Origin: Candidatus Hydrogenedens sp.
GTDB taxonomy: Bacteria; Hydrogenedentota; Hydrogenedentia; Hydrogenedentales; Hydrogenedentaceae
Direction: 5' to 3'
Length of the DNA stretch: 64,000 nt
Assembly: GCA_049968235.1 (NCBI GenBank)
Contig: JBMFRC010000001.1
Coordinates: 320,001-384,000 of the forward strand
Of the stretch, positions 10,227 to 20,184 are shown piece by piece. The notes under the pieces are model-generated. The model saw only the letters and a list, made by a program, of their open reading frames with translations, made no database searches and was not told the origin of the DNA. The translations under genes were made by a program, and so were the position numbers. The first letter of the stretch is position 1; the number at the start of each line of letters is the position of its first letter.

Positions 10227-10466
10227 TATCTTTAATTGTAAAATAGATCTGCCATTACTTTGAAAAAAAAAGAATATTGTTATCATTTCTGCTGTTAGTA
10301 TGAGGCCCACGAAACGGATGTAATTGTATCTACAACCACATTGATATTACATTGCAATTATAAATTTAATTTTTATATCTTCTCACCCCCCTATATCTAC
10401 CATTCGATTATAGATAGCACTAATGGTATTTTCTATGAATACCTATGCTCATAGCCCTTGAGTATG

Positions 10467-10507
10467 CAAGCCCTCCAGTTTCCCAGAGGGCTTGCATAAT
10501 ATTTTTT
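10467..10507 (+). terminator. Rho-independent terminator between convergent genes
   Basis: 11-bp stem tgcaagccctc/gagggcttgca with a 10-nt loop, followed by TAATATTTTTT. Confidence 0.45.
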
Positions 10508-10523
10508 GTTCAAGCAGTGAGTA

Positions 10524-11759
10524 TTATCTTTCGTTAGAATTATTCTTCAGGATTCCCCTTACCTTGCTATTTTGTGTCAATAACAAGAAGGAAAGAATTA
10601 CTAAAACAAATATATCACTCAGATGTGAATTTGTTGAAGGTCCACCGGAACCGCAAGATACAATGAAAGTTCTCTTGGCTCCTTTACTCATTACCAGTAT
10701 AACCTCTGTCCCCTTAACAACTTCAGTTCCAACAGAGGGCTCGGTTCGGATTATGCTCCCTTTCGGTACATCTTTGCTATATTCTTCTTTAATCGTTGCG
10801 GATACCTTAAGTCCTGCAGATGTTAGTATTTGAATAGCCTCGTCTTTAGATTTTCCTTTAACATCCGGCACTTTTACTTTCTGAATAGGTTCTCCTTCAT
10901 TACTTCCTTCGGGAGTACCTTCAACTACACCTTCAGGGGTTCCTTCTGGACTACCTTCCTGATGACCTTCGACTGTTCCTTCGCCTTCTGCATTCCCTTC
11001 GACAGAACCTTCTGTGCTTCCTTCTATACTACCCTCTTGCATACCTTCAGGAATGCCTTCTGTTGAACCTTCTTGTGCTCCTTCTCCTTCGAGAGTGCCT
11101 TCTATTATACCTTCTTGCTGTCCTTCGGTGATTCCTTCAACATTTCCTTCGCCTTCTGCAGGCGGTTCTAATGGAAGTATTTTAGGTGCTTTCGGGTCAT
11201 CAAACATGGGAACATAAGCAAATATATCGTTGATTTGGACTTGAGCCAAATTTATTTGTGCATCCCCGGTTTGTTTCATACGGAACAATACTTTGAGCAA
11301 TTCAAGACTTCCCTTAGCACCGATATTTTCAGAACTGCTTCCTGCAATTTTCAGACTACCTGTAGCATTTGCATTAGAGTTATAACTTAACTTCATATTG
11401 CTAACTGCATCACCTAATACGACCTCCATTACCTCCGCATATTCTTTATCGAAATTAATTACAAGAGAGAAGCCCGCTATATTGGATACATTGTTCATTA
11501 CCACAGATACCCACTTTTCAGAGCCTGCTGTTCCAGATAAGTAATCTGTTAATTGGGCATAAACAGTTGCATCCTCTTTTTCTACTCGTGCAAGGGTAGA
11601 CTCCGCAGACAAAGAACCTGCATCTGCCAGCCATTTTAAGTCGCTTATATAGTCTTCATAACTCTTTGCGTCTATTTTCTTTCCTGTTGGCATTACATCT
11701 TTACCTGTTAACCAGCGTTGTAGCATGCTGGAGTCAGCACTATCCACCATTCCATCCAT
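10524..11759 (-). CDS. C-terminal fragment of a disrupted giant surface protein: dockerin-like start, cohesin-like domain, xEGxxEG acidic repeat, PASTA domain, C-terminal Gly/Ser-rich + hydrophobic + basic tail
   Basis: ORF begins inside a dockerin repeat (GDFNMDGMVDSADSSMLQRWL continues upstream in another frame). Homologous to 11846-14179 and to the intact 20173-25416 protein. Tail SCGSGGP...FVLVILSFLLL...KVRG. Confidence 0.55.
   Translation of the reverse strand: MDGMVDSADSSMLQRWLTGKDVMPTGKKIDAKSYEDYISDLKWLADAGSLSAESTLARVEKEDATVYAQLTDYLSGTAGSEKWVSVVMNNVSNIAGFSLVINFDKEYAEVMEVVLGDAVSNMKLSYNSNANATGSLKIAGSSSENIGAKGSLELLKVLFRMKQTGDAQINLAQVQINDIFAYVPMFDDPKAPKILPLEPPAEGEGNVEGITEGQQEGIIEGTLEGEGAQEGSTEGIPEGMQEGSIEGSTEGSVEGNAEGEGTVEGHQEGSPEGTPEGVVEGTPEGSNEGEPIQKVKVPDVKGKSKDEAIQILTSAGLKVSATIKEEYSKDVPKGSIIRTEPSVGTEVVKGTEVILVMSKGAKRTFIVSCGSGGPSTNSHLSDIFVLVILSFLLLTQNSKVRGILKNNSNER
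10870..11170 (-). repeat. Imperfect 12-nt-periodic coding tandem repeat (nnnnccttc on the + strand) encoding xEGxxEG acidic linker
   Basis: Visible periodicity of ccttc every 12 nt. Protein EGNVEGITEGQQEGIIEGTLEGEGAQEGSTEG... Similar tracts at 12955-13135, 13558-13700 and 20335-20445. Confidence 0.7.
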
Positions 11760-11845
11760 ATTAAAGTCACCGGATTTCTGAATACAGGGATTTCCTCCTG
11801 TGTTATTTGTCCAATAATCCAGGATATATTGTGTGTCTAAATCGT

Positions 11846-14179
11846 TTACTTCATATTATTATCCGCATCACCAAAGACACATCCGTCTGTAACACACAAT
11901 TGTCCATCTTCTAATATAAGTTCTAACGGTTGTGTAAATGAGGAGATCACATCGTATAGGCGAACTCCATTGCCGGCTCCATCATCCGGAATAAGGTGTA
12001 ACTGTCCACATAAAGGACCTAAAACAGATAAATTGGGTTTAGCAATAATATTAAACAGAGTCCCAGCACCATACAAACTTTCTGCTTTTATTCCTGCTGC
12101 AGCAATTCGAACATTAATTGTCTCACCTTGAGGTATAGCTAATGATGCTATCATCATCCCACTAGTAATACCTGATGGTAATACGGTGATAGTCTCGGGG
12201 TCTGATATTAAGGCAGATGGCAATTCCGAATCAATCTGTATGGATGTTGCTGAAACATCATAAACTGATTTTGAGTTCACGGGAATACGAATAAGTATTT
12301 CATCAAGATTTTGTGGATTCGGTTGTAGCCAATAAAGACTGGTATCTGTTATATTAACCTGTTCAGGGAAGAATACGGTTAAGTATTGTCCACGAACCGT
12401 CTCCGAAGCATCTGATAACACAGTATAACGGTCCACATCACTTACAGCCTGTATGGCATATTGGTAGTAAATCCCTAATTCTACCGCATTATCTATATAT
12501 TCTAATGTTGTTAGATAACCTTCATAAGGCAACCTGTCCGGATTATTCAATCGTTGCCAATCTGTCAATGAATTCCCATCTCTATCTACTGTCCTGCGAT
12601 ACACATTATAGCCAGCAATATTATACTCAGGATTTGTATCCCATGCTACGCGAACACTATGCGGTCCACTATAAGGACGTGGACGGAATGATTTTTGAAT
12701 ATTTCCGGGGTCTAATTCAACAAGCAATTCAGCATTGGTATCCACAGGTTGTATCGTTTTGGGCTTATATTTCCGCTTTGTAAAGTCCAAACGATATGGC
12801 GGTTGCAATGTACCTAAATCTGGAAAGGCAAAACGTCCATTATTATCTGTTAGCACAGGTTCATTCCCTTTACTATCTGCAACGCTAATTTGGACTAATA
12901 CACCGGGAATCGGGCTTTTGCTTATACTATTTATCACCTGACCACGAACACCTGCATATTCGCCTTCGAATGTCCCTTCCGTAGTTCCTTCAATAGTTCC
13001 CTCCGGAATTCCTTCAATTACTCCTTCAGGTATTCCTTCAACATTACCATCCATAGGACCTTCGGGAATCCCTTCGATAACACCTTCAATTGTTCCTTCC
13101 GTTACACCTTCAGGTGTCCCTTCTTCACAGGGTCCTGTGGAAACCCAGATATCCACAGGTATTTCTATTGTATTCTCATAATTACAAGTGCCTTCTACAG
13201 CCATAGGTTCTTGCAAAGCGATGTATCCAGCGGGATAATTATTATCACATACCTCAACAATCTGTCCTAATAATAATCCATAATCTACAATTAATTGTTG
13301 TGCCTCTTCCAATGACATACCTATAACATTAGGAACTATGGTACAGGGTCCACAAGAGATAATCAGGTCAACGATTGTTCCAATCTCTACTGTATTTCCA
13401 CCACCGGGTATTTGTTCAACGACTGTGCCTGCCGGGTATTGGTCATTGCACATCTCAATAATAGCACCAATATTTAGGTTGGCATTACTAATTTCTCCCG
13501 TTGCTTCCTGTTGCGGAAGTCCTATCATATATGGAACTATAGTTGTTTCAATAGCACCTTCGCCTTCAGACATCCCTTCGCCTTCAGACATCCCTTCGCC
13601 TTCGAATAGCCCTTCTGAACTGCCTTCAATACTACCTTCGGTAGTTCCTTCAAATGAACCTTCTCCTTCTACAATACCTTCAACTACACCGGGTTCAGGC
13701 TCTCCAATAACAGGATTGAGTGGGTCTTCAAATCTTGGGGTATGTCCATATTTATCGTGTATCTGAACCTGAACAAATTTAATATCGCCTTTTCCATCTC
13801 GCTTAATCTTAAACTTTACTTTTACCAATTCAACTTCTCCAGAGGTTCCCAACTCTTCTTCACCTCCCGCACTTATCCGCAAACTGCTACTGGAACCAGA
13901 ATTTACTACTTCATAATTCCATCGCCATATATTTGCTGCATTCACAGGTTTTACCTGCTTTACTTCAGCAAAATCACTATCATAATTCAAGACAAATTCA
14001 AATCCTGCCACATTTGTTACTTCATCAGCCACAATGGCAATCCATTTATCACTGCCTGCAGACCCTTCTAATGTGCCACGGAACCACACCTTTACTCCCA
14101 CATTATTCTTTTCTAATTTGGCTAACTTTGCTTGTGCGGATAGGGAACCATGGGAAGCTAACCATTTCAATTCATCCAC
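11846..14179 (-). CDS. Central fragment of the disrupted giant surface protein: cohesin-like, EG repeats, 2 PASTA-like, EG repeats, carboxypeptidase-regulatory-like, FN3, dockerin start
   Basis: 777-aa ORF. Its frame stays open upstream of the annotated Met into a dockerin repeat, interrupted only by an in-frame TGA at 14270-14272. The C-terminal GDADNNMK* continues as a dockerin after a frameshift near 11840. Confidence 0.55.
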   Translation of the reverse strand: MDELKWLASHGSLSAQAKLAKLEKNNVGVKVWFRGTLEGSAGSDKWIAIVADEVTNVAGFEFVLNYDSDFAEVKQVKPVNAANIWRWNYEVVNSGSSSSLRISAGGEEELGTSGEVELVKVKFKIKRDGKGDIKFVQVQIHDKYGHTPRFEDPLNPVIGEPEPGVVEGIVEGEGSFEGTTEGSIEGSSEGLFEGEGMSEGEGMSEGEGAIETTIVPYMIGLPQQEATGEISNANLNIGAIIEMCNDQYPAGTVVEQIPGGGNTVEIGTIVDLIISCGPCTIVPNVIGMSLEEAQQLIVDYGLLLGQIVEVCDNNYPAGYIALQEPMAVEGTCNYENTIEIPVDIWVSTGPCEEGTPEGVTEGTIEGVIEGIPEGPMDGNVEGIPEGVIEGIPEGTIEGTTEGTFEGEYAGVRGQVINSISKSPIPGVLVQISVADSKGNEPVLTDNNGRFAFPDLGTLQPPYRLDFTKRKYKPKTIQPVDTNAELLVELDPGNIQKSFRPRPYSGPHSVRVAWDTNPEYNIAGYNVYRRTVDRDGNSLTDWQRLNNPDRLPYEGYLTTLEYIDNAVELGIYYQYAIQAVSDVDRYTVLSDASETVRGQYLTVFFPEQVNITDTSLYWLQPNPQNLDEILIRIPVNSKSVYDVSATSIQIDSELPSALISDPETITVLPSGITSGMMIASLAIPQGETINVRIAAAGIKAESLYGAGTLFNIIAKPNLSVLGPLCGQLHLIPDDGAGNGVRLYDVISSFTQPLELILEDGQLCVTDGCVFGDADNNMK

Positions 14180-14182
14180 ATA

Positions 14183-15574
14183 TCCTTTGCCCGCTGTTGA
14201 GATTTTTGGAGGTGTAATACTTTTTCTTGCTAACCAACGCTGAATTAAACTGGAATCCGCACTATCTACTCACCCATCGAGATTAATATCTCCTGATTTT
14301 AAGATGCATGAATGTGCACCTACTTTCCTAACCCAATAATCCAGAACAAATTGCTCATCTGTACTATCAATTACACTATCATTATTTACATCTCCATGAA
14401 TACATCCCCCTGAAACGCATAATCGTCCATCCACAAGAAGCACAGGTAAGGTTCTGTCTGATTTTGAATTACATTATATAACCGAACACCATTTCCCACA
14501 CCATCATCAGGAACTAAATGTAATAAACCACACTCATTCAAAAGATTTAAGCGAGGTTTTGCAAGAATATTAAATAATACTCCAGAACCATATAAACTCT
14601 CTGCTATCCCACCAGCAGATGATATACGAACATTAATTTTATCTCCATTTCTAACGGCATTGGCACTTATATTCATACCTGCGGTAATACCTGAGGGCTC
14701 CACCGTAATTGTGTCGGGATTGAGCAATAAACTTCTGGGCAATTCCGCATCGATTTGTATGGAAGTAGTGGAAACATCATATACAGCCTCTGAATTAACA
14801 GGTATTCTTACTAATTGTTGTTATGGATTTTGAGGGTCTCTTTCCCAGAGAAACATACCGCTATCTTTATAATTTACTTGTTCCGGGAAGAAAATAGTTA
14901 AAAATTGCCCTACTACATCTTCCGAAGCATCCGAAAGATTGGAATAACGGTCGACATCACTAACTGCCTGTATTGCATATTGATAGCGAATACCCGGTTG
15001 TATTGCGGTATCTGTATATTCTAATCCTCCAATATATCCTTCATAAGGAGGTAATCCCGGATTATTCAATTTTGCCCAAATAGAACTTCCTACTGTCCGA
15101 CGATATACATTATAGCCAGCAATGTTATATTCAGGATTTGTATCCCATCCAATACGGACACTATTGGTTCCTCCATAAACACGAGGAATGGTGGGTCTCT
15201 GAATATTTCCCGGCTCTATTTCCGCAAAAAGTTCTGCACCCGAATCAACAGGTTGAACCGTTTTCGGTTTAAATTTATTCTTTGTAAAATCCAGACGATA
15301 GGGAGGTAATAAACTCCCTAAATCGGAAAATTCAAATAGCCCATTTTTCATCTGTTAAAACAGGCTCTGTACTCTGTTTATCTGCAATACTTATTCCAAC
15401 AAGTACTCCCTCTACAGGTTTTTTGCTAATACTGTTAATAACCTGTCCCTTAACACTAAAGACTTTTTCTGCTACTGCTTGATTAGTAATAGCACATGCT
15501 ATTACTAATAGTGATATGCTCAAAAATATATTATTTTTTACAAAAATTGACTTTGCCCTACTTTTTGCATTCAT
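14183..15574 (-). pseudogene. N-terminal portion of the same giant surface protein (signal peptide, CarbopepD_reg-like, FN3, cohesin-like, dockerin), broken into ORFs 15332-15574, 14821-15351 and 14386-14742 by a frameshift and in-frame stops
   Basis: Paralog alignment with 11846-14179 (e.g. YRLDFTKNKFKPKTVQPVD vs YRLDFTKRKYKPKTIQPVD). TAA at 14821-14823 sits in-frame between two ORFs (DPQNP*QQLVRIP vs paralog NPQNLDEILIRIP). Frameshift in an A/T run at ~15341-15349. Frameshift at ~14430-14450. TGA at 14270-14272 where the paralog has ATG (DG*VD vs DGMVD). Confidence 0.55.
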
Positions 15575-15745
15575 TTTAGGTCTCCTTTGATTTATTCGCT
15601 CCAGTAGTTGGTTATTTTTTTATCCTTATTAAATAGCATTTAATAACAAAATTTGCCTGTTTTTTTGATAATCGTTGCCTCAAATAAGAACTATGATTCT
15701 TATGTGATTAGTGGTGAATAGAAGAAAATAATACTATTTTTAGAC

Positions 15746-16843
15746 TCACTTCCCATCAACTTCACGAATAGTAAACTTCATATTTAAAATTTTCCCTTCC
15801 CGAAAAACCTTCATTTCCACAGAGTCACCGATAAATAAATCCCAATTTATAAAATCCACATCTGAAGGGTCTTCGACAGGTTGGCGGTTAATCTCTATGA
15901 TTACATCACCAGGACGCAATCCTGCCTGATACGCTGGACTTTCTTTTAATATTCGTGTTACGAAAACTCCTTTATCTACCCGAATACCTAATTCTCGTAG
16001 AAGTCGGGAGTCTATTGAATCAAGAGATTCCGTTTTAAATCCAAACCATGGGTCGCGACGTTTCCCAAATTTAATCAGTTCTTCCGCTACACGACGGACA
16101 CGATTGATGGGTATAGCAAAACTTAATCCCTGATACCCACCCGTTTTAGAAAAAATCATGGTATTAATCCCAATAACTTTACCCTGGCTGTTAACCAGAG
16201 GTCCTCCGCTATTGCCCGGATTTATTGCCGCATCGGTTTGAATAAGGTCCTGATATAATCGAGTATCTCCGGAAACATTTCGACTCACTTTACGATGAAC
16301 GGCAGATACAACACCTACACTGACCGTAGGACGAGGATCTTTCATTAGTGAACCAAAGGGATTTCCTATGGCGATAACCCATTCTCCAATATATAAATTA
16401 TCTGAGTCACCTAAAGGAATATAGGGGAAGTTCTTTCCACTCGCTTTCAGCACTGCAATATCTGTCCGCGGGTCCGCACCAATAAATTCTACATCCAGTT
16501 TTTCACCACTTGAAAGAGTTACAGAATTAATTTTACTGGCATTTTCCAGTACATGGTAGTTTGTTAAAATATACCCCGCCTCATCAAAAATAAATCCGCT
16601 ACCGATGGAAGAAATTTGCTGACGACGAATGGGAAAACCGAACAACTCAAAGAACGGGTCTAAATCGTCTGATTGATACTCTACCACATTGATAGTTACC
16701 ACTGCGGGTGATGCTTTTTCTACCGCTGTTACTATCGCATTGCGTCGTGAATCTGATATACTGTCCTGCGAAATCGCAGGGGGTGTGTAAAATATCAAAA
16801 TAAAAAGCAGTGTTATAATACTAATGAAGATATTTTTCTGCAT
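15746..16843 (-). CDS. htrA: HtrA/DegP family periplasmic serine protease with PDZ domain
   Basis: Signal peptide. Catalytic triad contexts TNYHV, DIAVLK, GNSGGPL. C-terminal PDZ. Confidence 0.9.
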   Translation of the reverse strand: MQKNIFISIITLLFILIFYTPPAISQDSISDSRRNAIVTAVEKASPAVVTINVVEYQSDDLDPFFELFGFPIRRQQISSIGSGFIFDEAGYILTNYHVLENASKINSVTLSSGEKLDVEFIGADPRTDIAVLKASGKNFPYIPLGDSDNLYIGEWVIAIGNPFGSLMKDPRPTVSVGVVSAVHRKVSRNVSGDTRLYQDLIQTDAAINPGNSGGPLVNSQGKVIGINTMIFSKTGGYQGLSFAIPINRVRRVAEELIKFGKRRDPWFGFKTESLDSIDSRLLRELGIRVDKGVFVTRILKESPAYQAGLRPGDVIIEINRQPVEDPSDVDFINWDLFIGDSVEMKVFREGKILNMKFTIREVDGK

Positions 16844-16933
16844 AAGTGAATCCTTTTGCTTTAATTAAAATATAACTAATATTTTACTATAATTAAGAAA
16901 TAAGTTGCTCTGATACATGAGGAGATACGGTTT

Positions 16934-17137
16934 ATGATTAAGATTATTGTAAATGATGAAGAAAAATTGCTTTTAGATAATTCTTCCATTGAATTTTTAT
17001 TAAAAGAAATGAACTTGGATGGGAAAACGATGGTCGTTGTCGTAAACGATGAGATTATAGAACATACACAATATGCAGAAACGATTTTGCATGATGGTGA
17101 CCGTATAGAATTGGTTCGTATTGTTGGAGGAGGATAA
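16934..17137 (+). CDS. thiS: Sulfur carrier protein ThiS (MoaD/ThiS family, C-terminal GG)
   Basis: 67 aa ending VGGG. Immediately upstream of thiE with a 2-nt gap. Confidence 0.75.
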   Translation: MIKIIVNDEEKLLLDNSSIEFLLKEMNLDGKTMVVVVNDEIIEHTQYAETILHDGDRIELVRIVGGG

Positions 17138-17139
17138 TT

Positions 17140-17811
17140 ATGACTCATGATGAACGTATTAAGATGTTTCAGGGAACAGATTTGTATGTAGTTATCACAG
17201 AAAAAATGTGTAAAGGGAGATCTTCGGAATTTGTCCTTGAAGAATGTCTGAAAGCAGGTGTGCGCCTGGTTCAGTTCCGTGAAAAAAATAGTGACGATAG
17301 AACGAAATATCACAAAGCGATGGAATTCCGTAAAATTACCAATAACTATAATGCCTTGCTCATCATTGATGACCGTATCGACCTTGCTTTAATGGTAAAT
17401 GCAGATGGAGTTCATTTGGGACAGAATGATTTACCTATATATGAGGCGAGAAAAATAGCACCGAACCTGATTATCGGTGCTTCCACTCATAATTTAGAAC
17501 AGGCTTTGAAAGCACAGGAAGACGGGGCAAGTTATGTAAATATAGGTCCTATTTTCTCCACCCAGACAAAGGCAACTTCGGTTTCCCCTTTAGGTGTAGC
17601 GTCATTGGAAAAAATACCGCATCACTTAAATATCCCCTTCACCTGTATGGGCGGAATTAAATTGGAAAATATTGATGAGGTCCTAACACGCGGGGCTAAG
17701 CATATTGCTGTGGTAACCGCAGTAACTGAGGCGGATAATATCCAACAATCCGTGAAACAGTTAAGGGAAAAAATTCTGATGTACACGGAAAAAGTCTATA
17801 AAAAAATGTGA
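17140..17811 (+). CDS. thiE: Thiamine-phosphate synthase
   Basis: ThiE family similarity throughout (LVQFREK..., IIGASTH, GGIKLENI). TGA stop. Confidence 0.85.
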   Translation: MTHDERIKMFQGTDLYVVITEKMCKGRSSEFVLEECLKAGVRLVQFREKNSDDRTKYHKAMEFRKITNNYNALLIIDDRIDLALMVNADGVHLGQNDLPIYEARKIAPNLIIGASTHNLEQALKAQEDGASYVNIGPIFSTQTKATSVSPLGVASLEKIPHHLNIPFTCMGGIKLENIDEVLTRGAKHIAVVTAVTEADNIQQSVKQLREKILMYTEKVYKKM

Positions 17812-17925
17812 AAAGAGAACTAACAATCAATAAAAACCATTTTTGATTATCTTTATGGCTCTGCAAACCATATCTTGATTTTTCCTTATCTTCTTTGTTC
17901 TTATATGGAAGAAGGATAATACTCT

Positions 17926-20184
17926 ATGCATTTCTGGCTGATTAATGACAATGTTTTATTAAAATCTTCCCGTGCAGACATCGGTGGAAAAGGCTGGGGG
18001 CTGGTTCGATTAAAATTACAGGGATTAAATGTGCCACCTTTCGGAATAATCAGCACAGAAGGTGTGAAATATAAACTCTGGAAAACCGATACAGATTTTC
18101 AAAATGCAATAATGGCATGGTGTAAAGAGATATGGGATTGTTCCATAAGTAAGAAAGTAATCGTCCGCTCATCTGCATGTGAGGAAGACCATCAACATCA
18201 TTCTTTTGCAGGAAAGTTTTTAACAGAGGTTATAACAAAGCCAGAAGAACTTGTTCCAACACTGGACAGGATAGCCAAACATTATGCTTTAACTATAAAA
18301 ATGGATACGGGGAATTTTTCTGAAGGTCCCCATGGACTTGCAATTATTCTCCAGGAGTTTGTCAGTGGTGAAATCTCCGGCGTATGCTTTTCGACCCGAC
18401 CTATGAATGCAAATCCTCAACAAGTATATTGTGAAGTAGTAAATGGTGAAAATAAGTTGTTGGTTGATGGGGAAATACAACCCACTCGGATACTTTTTTA
18501 TCCCTCCACCGCAGAATTGATAGATTTTCAGGAAGGTTCTAATGGACCTGAATCAATACCTGAAGAATTATTAATAGAATTATCTCATGGGCTAATGAAG
18601 ATGGAATGGGATTACCGCACTGCAGTGGATATGGAATGGACATGGAATGGTAACAAGGTATGGTTTTTACAGATTCGCCCAATTACAAAGGTAACTCCTT
18701 CCCATAATTTATATCCAAAGGAATGTGCTACTTGCTGGTTTTTTGACCAACGTTTTATTGAACCGATTACAACTATTACCCAAACCACACTTATTCCGTT
18801 AATCCTGAGAAAGGCAATCACAGAGGGACTTAACATGCGACGAAAAAATACCCCCATTGAACCGTATTACTTTGGGGGTCAGGTGTATATCCCCCATCGG
18901 GCTTACTTCGATTTACTGGAGGGTTGTCCTAAATGGTGGCTTTCCTCCGATTTAAAACTGTTATTCCCTAATAACTGTGGTTGCCCGCATAAAAAAAAGA
19001 ACTTCCTGGGAATAGAATTCTGGCTGGATGCTTTTCGTTCATTGTTAAAACACTGGCGTGATGCTATTTTTGTGTTATGTCGCTGGGGACAATGGAAGAA
19101 GGATTTATCAAAGAAATTAAGTCTGTGGAATAAGGAGGATTTGTCAGAGATTACAACAGATGAATGGGTAACGCAATGGGAGCAATGCCAGAGATTATCC
19201 GAAGAATTTTTAGAAATACATCGCTGGGCAATACTCTGGTCCAGTTATGTATATCGTTTAGGGGGAAAGTATATCGTTCGTGGTAAGGAAAGACAGTATC
19301 CCTCTATTACGACACGGGCAAATCACATATTGACATCTTATTTATTCACCCGTGACATAAAATTATTAGCCCTCCTTCGCACTGAATATTCACACCGCAC
19401 AGAAAGTCTCGATTTTATATCTCCTCGATGGGGAGAATGGCTTTCCGGTGAGGAACAAAATGAATTGTTTAAAACGCAATTATTAGAGGAGAGGAAAGAT
19501 ATTCCATTAACATCACTGCAAACAAGGGAAAAAGCAGGTATTCTGTATCGTATTTTCGCAAAGTTTATACATCTGCGTGAGGAACAACGATTTGAATGGG
19601 AAAAAATATTAAATGTACAGAAAAAATTATTAAAGGAAGCAGGTAAACGATTGGTAGAAAAAGGTATCTTGATGGAGATAAATCAGGTCTGGTTTATAAG
19701 CGGGCTGGAATTAATGGAAGCACTTATAAAGGATAAGCCAATTAATCTAAAAGAAGTTTTGCTACGCCAACATCAATGGTGCGTTGAACATATATTTACA
19801 AAACCATTATTTATCAACGAAGGTGGTTTCATACTATCTACTTCCGAAAAAGATAAAGATACATGGTCAGGCTGGGGTGTGTCCGAAGGAAGAGTAAAAG
19901 GGACTGCCTATGTGAGCAGTAATCCGACTTCACTCCCATCCAATATCGCACATCCTCGTATTCTTGTAACACCTTGTTTAAATCCCGGACAGACATGGTG
20001 TCTGCAATACTGGGACGGTGTTCTATTGGAACGAGGCAGTGAACTGTCTCATCCTGCTATCATTGCACGGGAGATGAATATCCCCATGATTGCGAATTTA
20101 CCTGAGATTACACATAAACTAAACACGGGCGATTTAATTTATATAGATGCAACTTATGGTAAAGTTAGCCGTTTAAAATCTTAA
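17926..20184 (+). CDS. PEP-utilizing enzyme family protein (PEP synthase / pyruvate phosphate dikinase-like; PPDK_N ATP-grasp-like N-domain + phosphohistidine mobile domain)
   Basis: N-terminal GGKGWGLVRL resembles the PEP/pyruvate-binding N-domain. C-terminal mobile domain with SHPAIIAREMNIP (phospho-His motif). 752 aa. Confidence 0.65.
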   Translation: MHFWLINDNVLLKSSRADIGGKGWGLVRLKLQGLNVPPFGIISTEGVKYKLWKTDTDFQNAIMAWCKEIWDCSISKKVIVRSSACEEDHQHHSFAGKFLTEVITKPEELVPTLDRIAKHYALTIKMDTGNFSEGPHGLAIILQEFVSGEISGVCFSTRPMNANPQQVYCEVVNGENKLLVDGEIQPTRILFYPSTAELIDFQEGSNGPESIPEELLIELSHGLMKMEWDYRTAVDMEWTWNGNKVWFLQIRPITKVTPSHNLYPKECATCWFFDQRFIEPITTITQTTLIPLILRKAITEGLNMRRKNTPIEPYYFGGQVYIPHRAYFDLLEGCPKWWLSSDLKLLFPNNCGCPHKKKNFLGIEFWLDAFRSLLKHWRDAIFVLCRWGQWKKDLSKKLSLWNKEDLSEITTDEWVTQWEQCQRLSEEFLEIHRWAILWSSYVYRLGGKYIVRGKERQYPSITTRANHILTSYLFTRDIKLLALLRTEYSHRTESLDFISPRWGEWLSGEEQNELFKTQLLEERKDIPLTSLQTREKAGILYRIFAKFIHLREEQRFEWEKILNVQKKLLKEAGKRLVEKGILMEINQVWFISGLELMEALIKDKPINLKEVLLRQHQWCVEHIFTKPLFINEGGFILSTSEKDKDTWSGWGVSEGRVKGTAYVSSNPTSLPSNIAHPRILVTPCLNPGQTWCLQYWDGVLLERGSELSHPAIIAREMNIPMIANLPEITHKLNTGDLIYIDATYGKVSRLKS

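Noticed and set aside
10870-11170. CRISPR-like periodic repeats
   Set aside because: Period is 12 nt, imperfect, inside a long ORF and encodes an EG-rich low-complexity linker. No spacer/repeat architecture and no cas genes.
11014-11217. Pro/Ser-rich + strand ORFs (11014-11217, 13338-13766)
   Set aside because: They are the opposite-strand reading of the xEGxxEG repeat tracts; the periodic repeat creates open frames on both strands. The minus-strand frames carry the recognisable domains.
14270-14272. TGA recoding (selenocysteine or Trp/Gly reassignment) as explanation for in-frame TGA in dockerin
   Set aside because: TGA terminates clearly defined genes in this window (thiE at 17809-17811, the GNAT gene at 26133-26135). 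No SECIS-like hairpin follows. The same locus carries frameshifts and a TAA, so pseudogenisation or error is more parsimonious.
16844-16933. Possible TPP riboswitch upstream of thiS-thiE
   Set aside because: The 90-nt leader lacks the conserved CUGAGA / ACCUGAUCUGGAUAAUGCCAGCG elements. No thi-box seen.
16876-17313. 145-aa minus-strand ORF
   Set aside because: Overlaps thiS and the start of thiE on the opposite strand. Low-complexity composition. No RBS.
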